DNA of 64,000 nt from positions 1,178,001 through 1,242,000 of the forward strand of contig NW_027590144.1 in the NCBI RefSeq assembly GCF_964213995.1, given 5' to 3'. Positions 11,911 through 22,301 of this stretch are shown here, one piece after another; the stretch's first letter is position 1, and the number at the start of each line of letters is the position of its first letter. The notes beneath the pieces are model-generated. The model did not search any database. It worked only from the letters and a program-made list of their open reading frames with translations, and was not told the origin of the DNA. The DNA comes from Mustelus asterias (Eukaryota). The position numbers were made by a program, and so were the translations under genes.

Positions 11911-12203
11911 AACTGTTTAACGGAAGGTTGGCATATGAAGTAACCCAGCCACACAATGTCCTCAGCTGATAAACACCAAATCACAACAACCAGAGACTGA
12001 ATCATTCAGCATCACCTTTTGTGAATTAACAGTAGAATTCTATAACCCCGATTTTAAGCAGAATCACATGAAACATTGTAAAGATTTTCAGCACAGAATC
12101 CAACAAACCACATTTCAGTGAACAAGTGAATTAATAAAGTCGAGAAAAAAGATAAAACAAAAACTCAAGTAAAACACTTACTAAATAAATGCATGGTTCT
12201 TAC

Positions 12204-12251
12204 CTGCAGTCACCGTCACCATGGTCCCTTGTCCCCAGTAGCCCATGCCGT
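12204..12251 (-). CDS. IGHJ: IgH JH segment
   Basis: ac ggc atg ggc tac tgg gga caa ggg acc atg gtg acg gtg act gca g|gtaag = GMGYWGQGTMVTVTA; WGXG motif; phase-1 donor compatible with Cmu1. Confidence 0.97.
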
Positions 12252-12290
12252 CACAGTGTCACATTCTCTAGGCTGGGTCATACAATAAAC
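12252..12290 (+). other. JH 23-RSS
   Basis: CACAGTG 12252-12258, 23-nt spacer, ACAATAAAC 12282-12290. Confidence 0.95.
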
Positions 12291-12615
12291 ATCCAAGCAA
12301 AAACTAGACAGAAATCAACCATTAATTTTAAAATTCACAAGTCAGAGGGAAAGTAAATCACTGCATTTCATGAAAATATTATTGTATTGGTGGATACCGT
12401 TCGCTCTACATAAATAACGCTAATGTTTTATATTTCACAGAGGATCACATGAACATGTTATTGAAAACACAAACTGATAATCAAATAGTTCCCATAAATG
12501 TTCCATATTAATTTCCGCTATATGTGTAGTACTGTACATAAATAATACAGTGCTGTAAATAATGTTGGATTGTAAAACAGAGCACTAATCCAGCCTCGGT
12601 CAATTAGTGTGGAGG

Positions 12616-12643
12616 GATTTTTGTATTGACAGTAACTGCTGTG
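12616..12643 (-). other. J-facing 12-RSS of the D segment
   Basis: Minus strand CACAGCA (12643-12637), 12-nt spacer, ACAAAAATC (12624-12616). Confidence 0.92.
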
Positions 12644-12660
12644 CCACCCCAGCCCAGGTA
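12644..12660 (-). CDS. IGHD: IgH D segment (D2-type, 12/12 RSS), 17 nt
   Basis: TACCTGGGCTGGGGTGG between two heptamers; all three frames open (YLGWG / TWAGV / PGLGW). Confidence 0.93.
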
Positions 12661-12688
12661 CACAGTGAGACACAGCATGACAAATACT
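12661..12688 (+). other. V-facing 12-RSS of the D segment
   Basis: CACAGTG 12661-12667, 12-nt spacer agacacagcatg, ACAAATACT 12680-12688. Confidence 0.92.
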
Positions 12689-12999
12689 GCGGCAGACTGC
12701 TACTGTAAAATACAAAGATTTAATTTCACTGCTCTTTCAAAAATCTGATTCTGCCGCTACTACGAGCGAATGAGTGAGATATTTCAGCTTGACCTGGTCA
12801 TTATATTTATAAAGGGGATCGGAATGCTTTTAAACCTCTGTGCAGATTTAGCATATCAGTCAACACAGATTTTCCGGGAAGATTTTCATACCTTTTCACA
12901 AACTAATATTACTTCTACACATTATTTAATTGAAGCCTCGTTTACTTTGAAAATCGTGCTGTGGTACTGATTACCAATTTGAACAATCACTTTCCATGA

Positions 13000-13037
13000 G
13001 GTTTTTGAATGAGGATGTCGCTGTGCTCAGCACTGTG
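13000..13037 (-). other. 22-bp-spacer RSS after the V(D) exon (D1-type 3' RSS)
   Basis: Minus strand CACAGTG (13037-13031), 22-nt spacer ctgagcacagcgacatcctcat, TCAAAAACC (13008-13000). Confidence 0.93.
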
Positions 13038-13049
13038 AACCCACCGTAG
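13038..13049 (-). other. D1-like sequence fused to the VH 3' end (germline VD join)
   Basis: CTACGGTGGGTT lies between TGT GCA AAA GA and the heptamer: 20 nt after the Cys codon rather than the usual ~8. Confidence 0.75.
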
Positions 13050-13353
13050 TCTTTTGCACAGTAATAGATGGCGGTGTCATCAATCTTCAGCCTCGTCATT
13101 TCCAAAGAGAAGATATTGTTTGAAGTGTCTTTGGACGCAGTAAATCGATCCTTAATTGCTGGGGCGTAGTTGTTGCTTGATGAACTATAGTACCTCAGCA
13201 GCCACTCCAGCTCCTGTCCGGGAACCTGTCGGCTCCAGTGCATGAAGTAGCTGCCAAGATCGAAGCCACTTATTTTACAGGTCAGTATCAGGGAGCCTCC
13301 GAGACGCCCGGTCTCTGTCTTTGGCTGAGTCAACACAACCTCCGACTGGACAC
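13038..13353 (-). CDS. IGHV: IgM VH exon (L-part2 + V, with fused D1)
   Basis: Acceptor tttttacag|; open frame (G)[104 protein letters not shown] with both Cys, the FR2 Trp and DTAIYYC. Confidence 0.97.
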
Positions 13354-13470
13354 CTGTAAAAATTGATCAAAAACCGCGAGGATTAATCTTAATGAAATGA
13401 TTGCTGACTCTGCAACAAAGACTGAGACAGTCACAGTGAGAGACTTGGACAATAAAAAAAAACTACTCAC

Positions 13471-13516
13471 CGGATAAGAAAGTCAGCAACAAACTGAGAG
13501 AAATCGCCGACCTCAT
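13471..13516 (-). CDS. IGHV: VH leader exon
   Basis: 46 nt ATG...TCC G|gtgagt = MRSAISLSLLLTFLS(G); 117-nt phase-1 intron to the V exon. Confidence 0.95.
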
Positions 13517-13606
13517 CTTTTTGGTAAACTGGGGGAAATGGTTGTGTCAGGAACTCAGTGAACAAACCAACTCCCGGACTGTTGGATTCCGGTCCCAGTG
13601 AGCGGC

Positions 13607-13633
13607 ATTTAAATACCCGGCAGAAGGGGGCGG
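13607..13633 (-). promoter_or_regulatory. VH core promoter: TATA-like box plus GC box
   Basis: TATTTAAAT (13615-13607) ~90 nt upstream of the ATG; GGGGGCGG at 13626-13633; no ATGCAAAT octamer seen nearby. Confidence 0.7.
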
Positions 13634-14234
13634 CTTTCCAGGCGCCGCCTGTTGATTCCCTGCTGGAGGCGGCGACTGGATCCAGGTCCCACCTTCCACA
13701 CCCCAACAGAATGGACTTCCAGATTTACAATAGGTTCATATTAAAATGGACATTTTGTCTGTGTCGGGATGTTTGTTTGGCTGAATATGTTCATTGTATT
13801 GTCTCCATTATTTCTGATGGTGATATTGCAGTTCATCATTTCTTTATTTAAAAAAAAACTAATTCCATTCTAAATATGGTGATTTTATTACCACGCCCCT
13901 AACAAGAAGACAAATTTAAAAATGATTAAATAACATTTTCGGAAAATAAGGAGACCGTCAGTCTATTTTGTAACAATTCCGGGTCTCTGTCACATTACAA
14001 TAATGAAACATCATTTATCAGAAGAATTGTTATCGATTTCTGTAACTAAATGCGGGGGATGAACAAAGTGATTCTATTTACAGTGTGGATGGCTATCACT
14101 GTACAATTTGGGTTTGGAGATGAGAAGAAACTCTCACACAATACAATGTTTCTCCTTACATTTGTCAAACTGCCCCAATCTCGAAGACAGCACTTTGAAA
14201 ATACTAAGAATCCCGCCCTCCTGATAATTAAATA

Positions 14235-15227
14235 CAAAGAACAAAGAACAGTACAGCACAGGAAACAGGCCCTTCGGCCCTCCAAGCCTGTGCCGCTCCT
14301 TGGTCCAACTAGAACAATCGTTTGTATCCCTCCATTCCCAGGCTGCTCATGTGACTATCCAGGTAAGTCTTAAACGATGTCAGCGTGCCTTCCTCCACCA
14401 CCCTACTTGGCGGCACGGTAGCACAGTGGTTAGCACTGCAGTTTCACAGCTCCAGGGTCCTGGGTTCGATTCCCGGCTTGGGTCACTGTCTGTGTGGAGT
14501 TTGCACATTCTCCTCGTGTCTGCGTGGGTTTCCTCCGGGTGCTCCGGTTTCCTCCCACAGTCCAAAGATGTGCGGGTTAGGTTGATTGGCCATGCTAAAA
14601 ATTCCCCTTAATGTCCTGAGATGCGTAGTTTAGAGGGATTAGCAGGTAAATATGTAGCGATAAGGGAGTAGGGCCTGGGTGGGATTGTGGTCGGTGCAGA
14701 CTCGATGGGCCAAATGGCCTCTTTCTGCACTGTAGGGTTTCTATGATTTCTATGATTTCCAGGCCCCCACCACCCTCTGTGTAAAAAACCTCCCTCTGAT
14801 ATCTGAGTTATACTTCGCCCCTCTCAGCGTGAGCCCGTGACCCCTCGTGATCGTCACCTCCGACCTTGGAAAAAGCTTCCCACTGTTCACCCTATCTATA
14901 CCCTTCATAATCTTGTACACCTCTATTAGATCTCCCCTCATTCTCCGTCTTTCCAAGGAGAACAACCCCAGTCTACCCAATCTCTCCTCATAGCTAAGAC
15001 CTTCCATACTAGGCAACATCCTGGTAAACCTTCTCTGCACTCTCTCTAATGCCTCCACGTCCTTCTGGTAGTGCGGCGACCAGAACTGGATGCAGTACTC
15101 CAAATGTGGCCTAACCAGCGTTCTATACAGCTGCATCATCAGACTCCAGCTTTTATACTCTATACCCCGTCCTATAAAGGCAAGCATACCATATGCCTTC
15201 TTCACCACCTTCTCCACCTGTGTTGCC
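14235..15227 (-). mobile_element. Young CR1-type 3' fragment, same subfamily as 7083-7993, interrupted by a SINE
   Basis: ORF 14750-15262 is nearly identical to ORF 7350-7919; tail caaagaacaaagaac at 14235; short aata direct repeats at 14231-14234 and 15228-15231. Confidence 0.92.
14409..14758 (+). mobile_element. tRNA-derived SINE (HE1 / V-SINE type), full length
   Basis: A box gcacagtggttagc, B box gggttcgattccc, central ctgcgtgggtttcctccgggtgctccggtttcctcccaca, LINE-like tail with (tttctatga) repeats. Confidence 0.9.
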
Positions 15228-18200
15228 AATAGTGAATTGACAGAGAAACATAAAATGAACATTGACTTTTGACAGAGAAGTTAATGAATGGAACGGCCAC
15301 GGAGATCATTTAAGTTCTCCTTCAGCATCCAAATCGTTGCAGCTCACTCTATTGGCCACTGGCTGTCTAACATTCACTGTTATTGGGATCACAGCATATC
15401 AGGACTCTGCGGCATATTGCACAATATCACAAGAATAAATGTTTTGTCTTCCATTGAATCAGGTTATGAACTGATCATTTCTCCACTCATTGGCAGCTAT
15501 GAGAGGAACTCTTCAGTAAAGGAAATCAGATTATACTGTACAATAGAACACGGTGCAAATCAGGTACAAGAAACGCTGCTGTTTAAATGAGGTGCAGAAC
15601 TTTCAGAATATTCCAGGTATCCCCGCTGCTCATGTCAGTTTTATGATGTTCTTTTAATATTATTTCGATGCATTTTTGGCCATTGCTCTGATCTCAGTTG
15701 ACTGGGGAATTGGAACCATCAACATCTCTCTCCCATTTCAGGAAGTGGTTAATAAACAGACTTTAATTATTCGAATGGCATTTACTTGGAAGTTATACAA
15801 ATGAAACAGTATCTGGTCACTTTATTGTTTTGCGATACTATTTACTCACATAATGAACAGGACACTGAATGAAAATATTTGTTAGAATGATTACGATTTA
15901 AAATGTGTCTTCTTTGTGGGAATGAAACATTGATTGTTTAAATGGTTGAATCCCATTTTGTCTATTCAGGTTCACGCTAATCTCTCTCACACAGTATTTG
16001 GCAGCAATCCAGGCTGCTGTCAAATGCTCAAAGTTATTGACAGGAAGCATCTGGGGTTGTTTGTGCAGTAGATCTGTTTCCTCAGTGCTGACCGCTTGGC
16101 TGCAAGCCAACCTCAAACCCTTCACATTGTCAATGAGGCCTATTTATAAACAAATCTACCCAGTAACAGTACTTCAGGCACTTTGATGTATTAAAGTTGT
16201 AAATCCATATGCATTTTTCCCATTTCTCAATAAAGGAAAGTTATGCAGCTTCTCTGGCACACTGTCAGCAACAATTATGATTTTTCCAACACATCAGGAT
16301 ATTGTGATGGACGGACAGAAAGAATCACAGGCAGACTGAAAAATGACTCAGAGAGACGATACATGAATATGTATGTTTGTACTTTCTTTCCCTTCATCTT
16401 TCCATGGGATGTTTGGTTGGAAACACCAGCACTTTTTGCCTGTCCCAAATTGCCTTGAACTGACTGGTTTTCATTTCTGAAGGCATTAAAGAGTCAGCTA
16501 TTTTGCTGTCCGCCTGGAGTCACATCCTTGTGAACCAGGTAGCGATGGCAGATTTCCTTCATTGGGGAATCAGAGAGGTTCCGATGATCGTCATTGGTAT
16601 CTATTCCAGATGTATTAATTGAATTCAAATTCCAGCAGCTGCAATGCTCTGATTTAAATCCCTGTCCCCACATCATTGTCCTGGGCCTCTGGATCACTGG
16701 ATCAATTAAATTAATATCACGTCACAATCTATGCAAACAATAAATGTATTACTGTGTTGGTGCAGGAATGAGTGACATTTGAATGAATGATGGTTGGATG
16801 AATGACAGTTTGATGCCTGAATATTTTGACTGAGGAATCAGTGAATGCATTGATGGGTGCATTGATATATGGCATTGAAAGATGCTGTTCTAAATTCCCG
16901 TATTTGTACTTGATTATTTCATAAATTGAATGAGCTCCTTTTTTCCATTTGTGTCAGTCTAATACCTCCAATTCTTCCAGAGTGTCTGGGTGATATCCAT
17001 CCCGAGTTTATCGGGAGTTAGCAAGCTGATCCTCACAAAGAGAAGGACGAGATATTCCTGCGGCTCGGATGGTTCATTTCTCTGCTGATGCTGAATCTTC
17101 ATATCCAAGATAAAAAGAGTGAACATGATTAGTTTGAGGAGGGAGGGTGTAATATTTGAAACATGCGGTTCTTTCACGTGCAACAAATCACTCAACATGC
17201 CCTCACCCAAATTAGTGAAGGTAACAGGGTGAAAAATAAATAAGGTAGCATCAGAAATATTGTGAGACTCACTGAACAACTACAAGTGTTACATTACTTC
17301 CCAAAACAGTGTAATAATGAATCGGGATTTAAAGATTCAGTAACTTCACATGAAGTACAGGTAGTTTCATTTATATCATCACTTTGAAAATCATCACACA
17401 CTCCAGCAATGTATCAGGACTTTCTGGGTGATGATGAGGTAATTACTTGTCAATGGAGCGCAGAGGCTGCTGGGTAGCTGTTCATTATCCTCGGTCTGAA
17501 TTAATTCCATTCCCCACTGAATTCTGGGACAGATTTTATTCCTTGGTGACAAAAAGGCCAATAGAATGTCAATAAATGTTAATATCAATAAATCAAACGA
17601 AGCAAATTACAATTGTATGTTGTATAGAATGAAATACTGAAAACAAACAGAAAATGCTGGAAAATCTCAGCAGGTCTGACAGCATCTATGAAGACAAAAT
17701 AGAGCCAACGTTTCGAGTCCGGATGACGCCTCGGCAGAGTGTTCCTGATGCGTTGGATAGGTCATCATTGTTTCTAACAAGGCGTCAGAGAAGCTGCATA
17801 ACTTTTCTGTGAAATGGGAATAGTTTAAATAGTTACTGGTTAATTATATATACTATTTCGAGCCACACACAAGTTACATCAATTCACAGACCGATCCCAA
17901 ATATCATAATCAACTTCTCCATCCTAACTAACCTAATCAACGCCTCAATCACTAACTACATCCTAAAAAAAAGTCCTAATCCCTATCCACCCTCGCCATT
18001 TCCCAATTCCATCATCCTCTTCAATTTCCTCCAAATAAAAAAGGGTCATCCTGAATCAAAACTTTGGCTCGATTCTCTCTCCACAGATGCTGTTGAGATT
18101 TTTCAGAATTTATTGTTTTTGTTTCAGTTTTCAGAATCCTCAGTATTTTGTTTTCATCAAAAATGCTGAATATAATTGGTGAAATAATGTTTATCTGTAT

Positions 18201-18619
18201 GAATTGATGATAATTCGTGAATTGGAACAACCCCACATGGAGTTTCCCTCCAAGACTCTCATCAACCTGACTTGGACATATATTACCGTTCCTATACTGT
18301 CGCTGGGTCGGAATCCATGAGCACCCTCCCTAACAGCACTATGGGATTCCCTACACAGCACGTTTTGCAGCGGTTCAAGAAGGCGTCTCGCCATCAACTT
18401 ACCGAATGCAATTAGCAATGGAGAATAAATGCTGGCCTAGACAGTGTCGCCCACCTTCCATAAAGTAATGTTAAATATATTAATATTTATGATTGAATGA
18501 GAACTGGTGAATGCATTTATTCAATTGTGAATGGACGGTCATTAGTGAAAATAATTACTATTTTTCTGAACATTTATGACATTCTCCTTATCTGCTGGAA
18601 GATTTAAGGTTTGACGTTT

Positions 18620-18910
18620 ATTTATTAATGTCACAAGTCGGTTTATATTAACACTGCAATGAAGTTCCTGTGAAAATGCCCAAGTGGCCACATTGCGGCG
18701 TCTGTTCGGGTACACGGAGGGAGAATTTAGCCAGTTCACCTTACCTGCATGTCTTTTCGTACTGTTGGAGGAAACTGGAGCACCCAGAGGAAATCCACGC
18801 ATACGCGGTGAATGTGCAGACTCCGCACAGACACTGACCCAAGCCTGACCAAACCTGTGGCCCTGGCGCTGTGAGGCAACAGAACGAACCACTGCGCCAC
18901 CCTGGCACCC
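18620..18910 (-). mobile_element. HE1/V-SINE-type SINE
   Basis: Reverse complement of the central V-domain (ggaggaaactggagcacccagaggaaatccacgc). Confidence 0.8.
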
Positions 18911-19329
18911 ACCATTCCACAAGGGATGTATGAGTCAAATTCATCACAACTTTTGCAAAGTAAGCCAATGGAAGAGACTGCTCCAGCTACAGACATATCT
19001 CAGTCATAGCATCACGGGAACGATCTTTGCTGGGGTCACACTTGAAATACATCATCTGCTTGCAGACCAGGTATATCACAAAGAACAAAGAACAGTACAG
19101 CACATGAACAGGCCCTTCTGCCCACCAAGTCTGTTCCAACACACATGATTGAATGTTCTCTACTTGCCTAACTTGTGCCACTCAAAAAGTTCAATGCCAT
19201 TCTGGAAAAAGTATCTGTCTCGATGAACACCCCACCCACCAGATTCCCAAAGCTTGCCACCACATTCTCAAAGGAAATTATGGTTTGGCAACAAAAGTTG
19301 ATTGATCAGTGACGTCAAAATCCCATGAA

Positions 19330-21330
19330 GTAATGTTAAACATATCATATCTCTGTTTATATTCAACTCGCCTCTGACTCTGTGTTGCACTCGGCTCTGC
19401 CCGGATCACATTCCAGGAGGTCCTATCTAAGTTTTTTTCTTGCACTCGGCTCAATATCAGCCCTTCATGTTCGAGGCACAGACCCTGTTAAAATTATAAT
19501 TTCTAAGTTATGGCTGGACTTAGCCATGTCTCTGCTAATCTGAAAAGAGGTCGTGTCTTAATTCTTACTGCCTCAGAACATTTACCACTGTATACTAAAC
19601 TGGAAATAATGTCTTCATGCATTACACATGGTTCTGTCACCGTTATTTTGCTAATAGTTCATTAGATTTTAATGATCTAGGTCCTTTTTAAGTTAATTTT
19701 GCACCAGTCCATGTATTTGATTATTTAAGACTATGTCATGTCTCAGTTGTATTGTACTTTGCAATAACTCCAAATTGCTGCATTATCCGAATCTCAATGT
19801 GTATCAGTCGAGGTCCTGTATCAACAATTACTACGAATAAAGTGGGCTCTGTCTCAGCTTATAACACAGTAAGAAGTTTAACAACACCAGGTTAAGGTCC
19901 AACAGGTTTATTTGGTAGCAAAAGCCACACAAGCTTTCGGAGCTCCAAGCCCCTTCTTCAGGTGAGTGGGAATTCTGGCTCCTATATCTAAGCTCCTATA
20001 TCTAAATAAACCTGTTGGACTTTAACCTGGTGTTGTTAAACTTCTTGCTGTGTTTACCCTACTCCAACGCCGGCATCTCCACATCAGTTTATATCAGTCA
20101 AGGTACTGTATCAGTAATTATCACTAACACAATGGACTCTGTCTCAGTTTAAACCTGTCTCAATCCTGTATCAGTAATTATTACTAATGCACTTGGCTCC
20201 ATTTCAGTTCATATAAATCTCGGTCCAGTATCATTAATTACTCGGCGCTGTCTCTGTTCATGTCGCACAAGCTCCTATGTCAGTAAAACTGCGCGAGACA
20301 CTGTCTCAGTTTTCCTTTCCTTGACAATGTCATTTTTAAAAATGTTTCTTTCATGGGATGTGGGTGTCATTGGAATTTGGCATTTGACTACCCCCACATG
20401 GCACCAGGCACTAACTCATTTCTATTTTGTTGAATGAGGCCCCGGTATATATTAAAATACAGTCTGGCTCTGTTAATACTGTGCTTGATCAGAACTCAGT
20501 TTATATTGCACTAGACATTCTCACTGGACAGGTAATATTTGACACTGACCCTGTATATATTTCACTAGACTGTATCAGTGTTACTCCTGTACTTAACTAC
20601 ACCTCTGTTTGAATTATGACTGTATTACTGCACGGTTCTGCGAGAAGAAGAGATAATATGTTGGGATAAAAACATTGCTATCAGGCAGGATCGAGAAACG
20701 GGCAGTATTGGATCGACAGTATTTGGTTGGTGCAGTCTTGGAGGGCCGAAGGGCCTTTTCCTGTGCTGTAATTGTCTTTGTTTTTTGTTCATTGTTGACA
20801 GTGCATGCTACACAGGGCTTGGTATCCATTTTCAATACAGTCAGCAGAAGTAGATTTCAGATATCGCTTCTTCTTTTCCAGTGCCCAAAACCTCATAGAG
20901 TTTTCACTTTCAGAAGGATGCAGAGAATTGTGTTCTCCCAACCACTTTCGTCATTACTGGCATTGACCAGTGCAGTAAAAACTGAGACCATGTCCAGTGC
21001 AATATAAACGTGGACACGGTCAATTGCCTAAATAAGAGTGCATCCAGTTTGATACAAACAGAGACAGATCTAAATTAATATAAACAGAGACAACCTCTAG
21101 CTGAATATAAACAGAAACATGGTGACGTATCATATAAACAGAGACAGCATCAAATTTAGCATAAACAGATAAAACATCTAGTTTAATATGAGTAGAGACA
21201 GGCAATATAAAATTCTACGTGCAATATAAAAAGAGTTAGGGTCCAGTGAAAAATAAACAAAGGCATGGCCTCATAATATAAGCTGACACAGGTTAAATCT
21301 ACTGTAATATAGAGACAGATTCAATCCCCA
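19330..21330. repeat. Degenerate ~30-bp satellite arrays in inverted arrangement around a unique core (~20620-20965)
   Basis: tctgtctcagtt(t)atat.. units on the left, reverse-complement atataaacagagacag.. units on the right; same layout at 37440-39940. Confidence 0.65.
19866..20052. mobile_element. Penelope-like inverted terminal remnant with hammerhead motif (19928-19964, minus)
   Basis: ~45-bp inverted repeat aagaagtttaacaacaccaggttaa(g/a)gtccaacaggtttattt; minus strand CAC CTGAAGA aGGGGC ttgga GCTCC GAAA gcTT GTG. Confidence 0.75.
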
Positions 21331-22301
21331 TGAAATTTGTGGAGAAAAACTTACAGGGCAGGAATAACATGGGGTTAGCTGCAGAATGCAAACTTCCCTC
21401 TGCATTGCCAAATTAAACACTCCCAAGGCAGGAATAGCATGAGTTACATACAAAGTGAATCTCCTTCTACACGATCCAAATCAAACGTTCCCAGAACAGT
21501 ATACGGTCCAGAAACAGAATGAATCTCCCTCTACAAATTCTGCTAAAAAAAAATGAAAGCAGAAAGAGCATGAACTCTCTTCTACGTAAAACCTCTTCTG
21601 CACTCTTCCTTTAGAGATTGGGGAGGCAGGTTTAAATTATCGCTAGGTACAGGGGAAAGACCTTCTGCACAGTTCCATAAAACACACCCAGGTCAGGTAC
21701 AGCAGAGATTAGGTACTGATTAAATCTTCCATGCTGATGACACCAAGATTGGTGGAGTAGTGGATGAGGTGGAGGGCTGTTGTACGTTGCAAAGAGACAT
21801 AGATAGGATGCAAAGCTGGGCTGAAAAATGGCAAATGGAGTTTAACCCTGATAAATATGAGGTGATTCATTTTGGTAGGACTAATTTAAATGTGGATTAC
21901 AGGGTCAAAGGTAGGGTTCTGAAGATTGTGGAGGAACAGAGAGATCTTGGGGTCCATATCCACAGATCTCTAAAGGTTGCCATTCAAGTGGATAGAGCTG
22001 TGAAGAAGGCCTATAGTGTGTTAGCTTTTATTAACAGGGGGTTGGAGTTTAAGAGCCGTGGGGTTATGCTGCAACTGTACAGGACCTTGGTGAGACCACA
22101 TTTGGAATATTGTGTGCAGTTCTGGTCACCTCACTATAAGAAGGATGTGGAAGCGCTGGAAAGAGTGCAGAGGAGATTTACCAGGATGCTGCCTGGTTTG
22201 GAGGGTAGGTCTCATAGAACATAGAACATTACAGCACAGTACAGGCCCTTCGGCCCTCGATGTTGCGCCGACCAGTGGTACCAATCTAAAGCCCCTCTAA
22301 T

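Noticed and set aside
12957-12970. tgctgtg-gtactga as a possible free D1 with heptamer
   Set aside because: No nonamer at 12 or 22/23 nt and no second flanking RSS.
13000-13025. Second heptamer CACAGCG inside the 22-bp spacer, which might form a dual RSS allowing direct VD-to-J joining
   Set aside because: Only 10 nt from the nonamer, outside the 12+/-1 tolerance.
12971-13037. ORF-track extension [22 protein letters not shown] after the V
   Set aside because: Read-through of the RSS, not coding sequence.
15288-15590. ORF with CGILHN, resembling a Harbinger transposase motif
   Set aside because: No DDE context, and the frame is interrupted in the paralogous copy near 30080.
16980-17090. Plus-strand C1-set-like snippets (CLGDIHPEFI; copy B GEFHPRHIGNK*)
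   Set aside because: Cys/Trp spacing wrong, frames not conserved between copies, wrong strand; likely chance.
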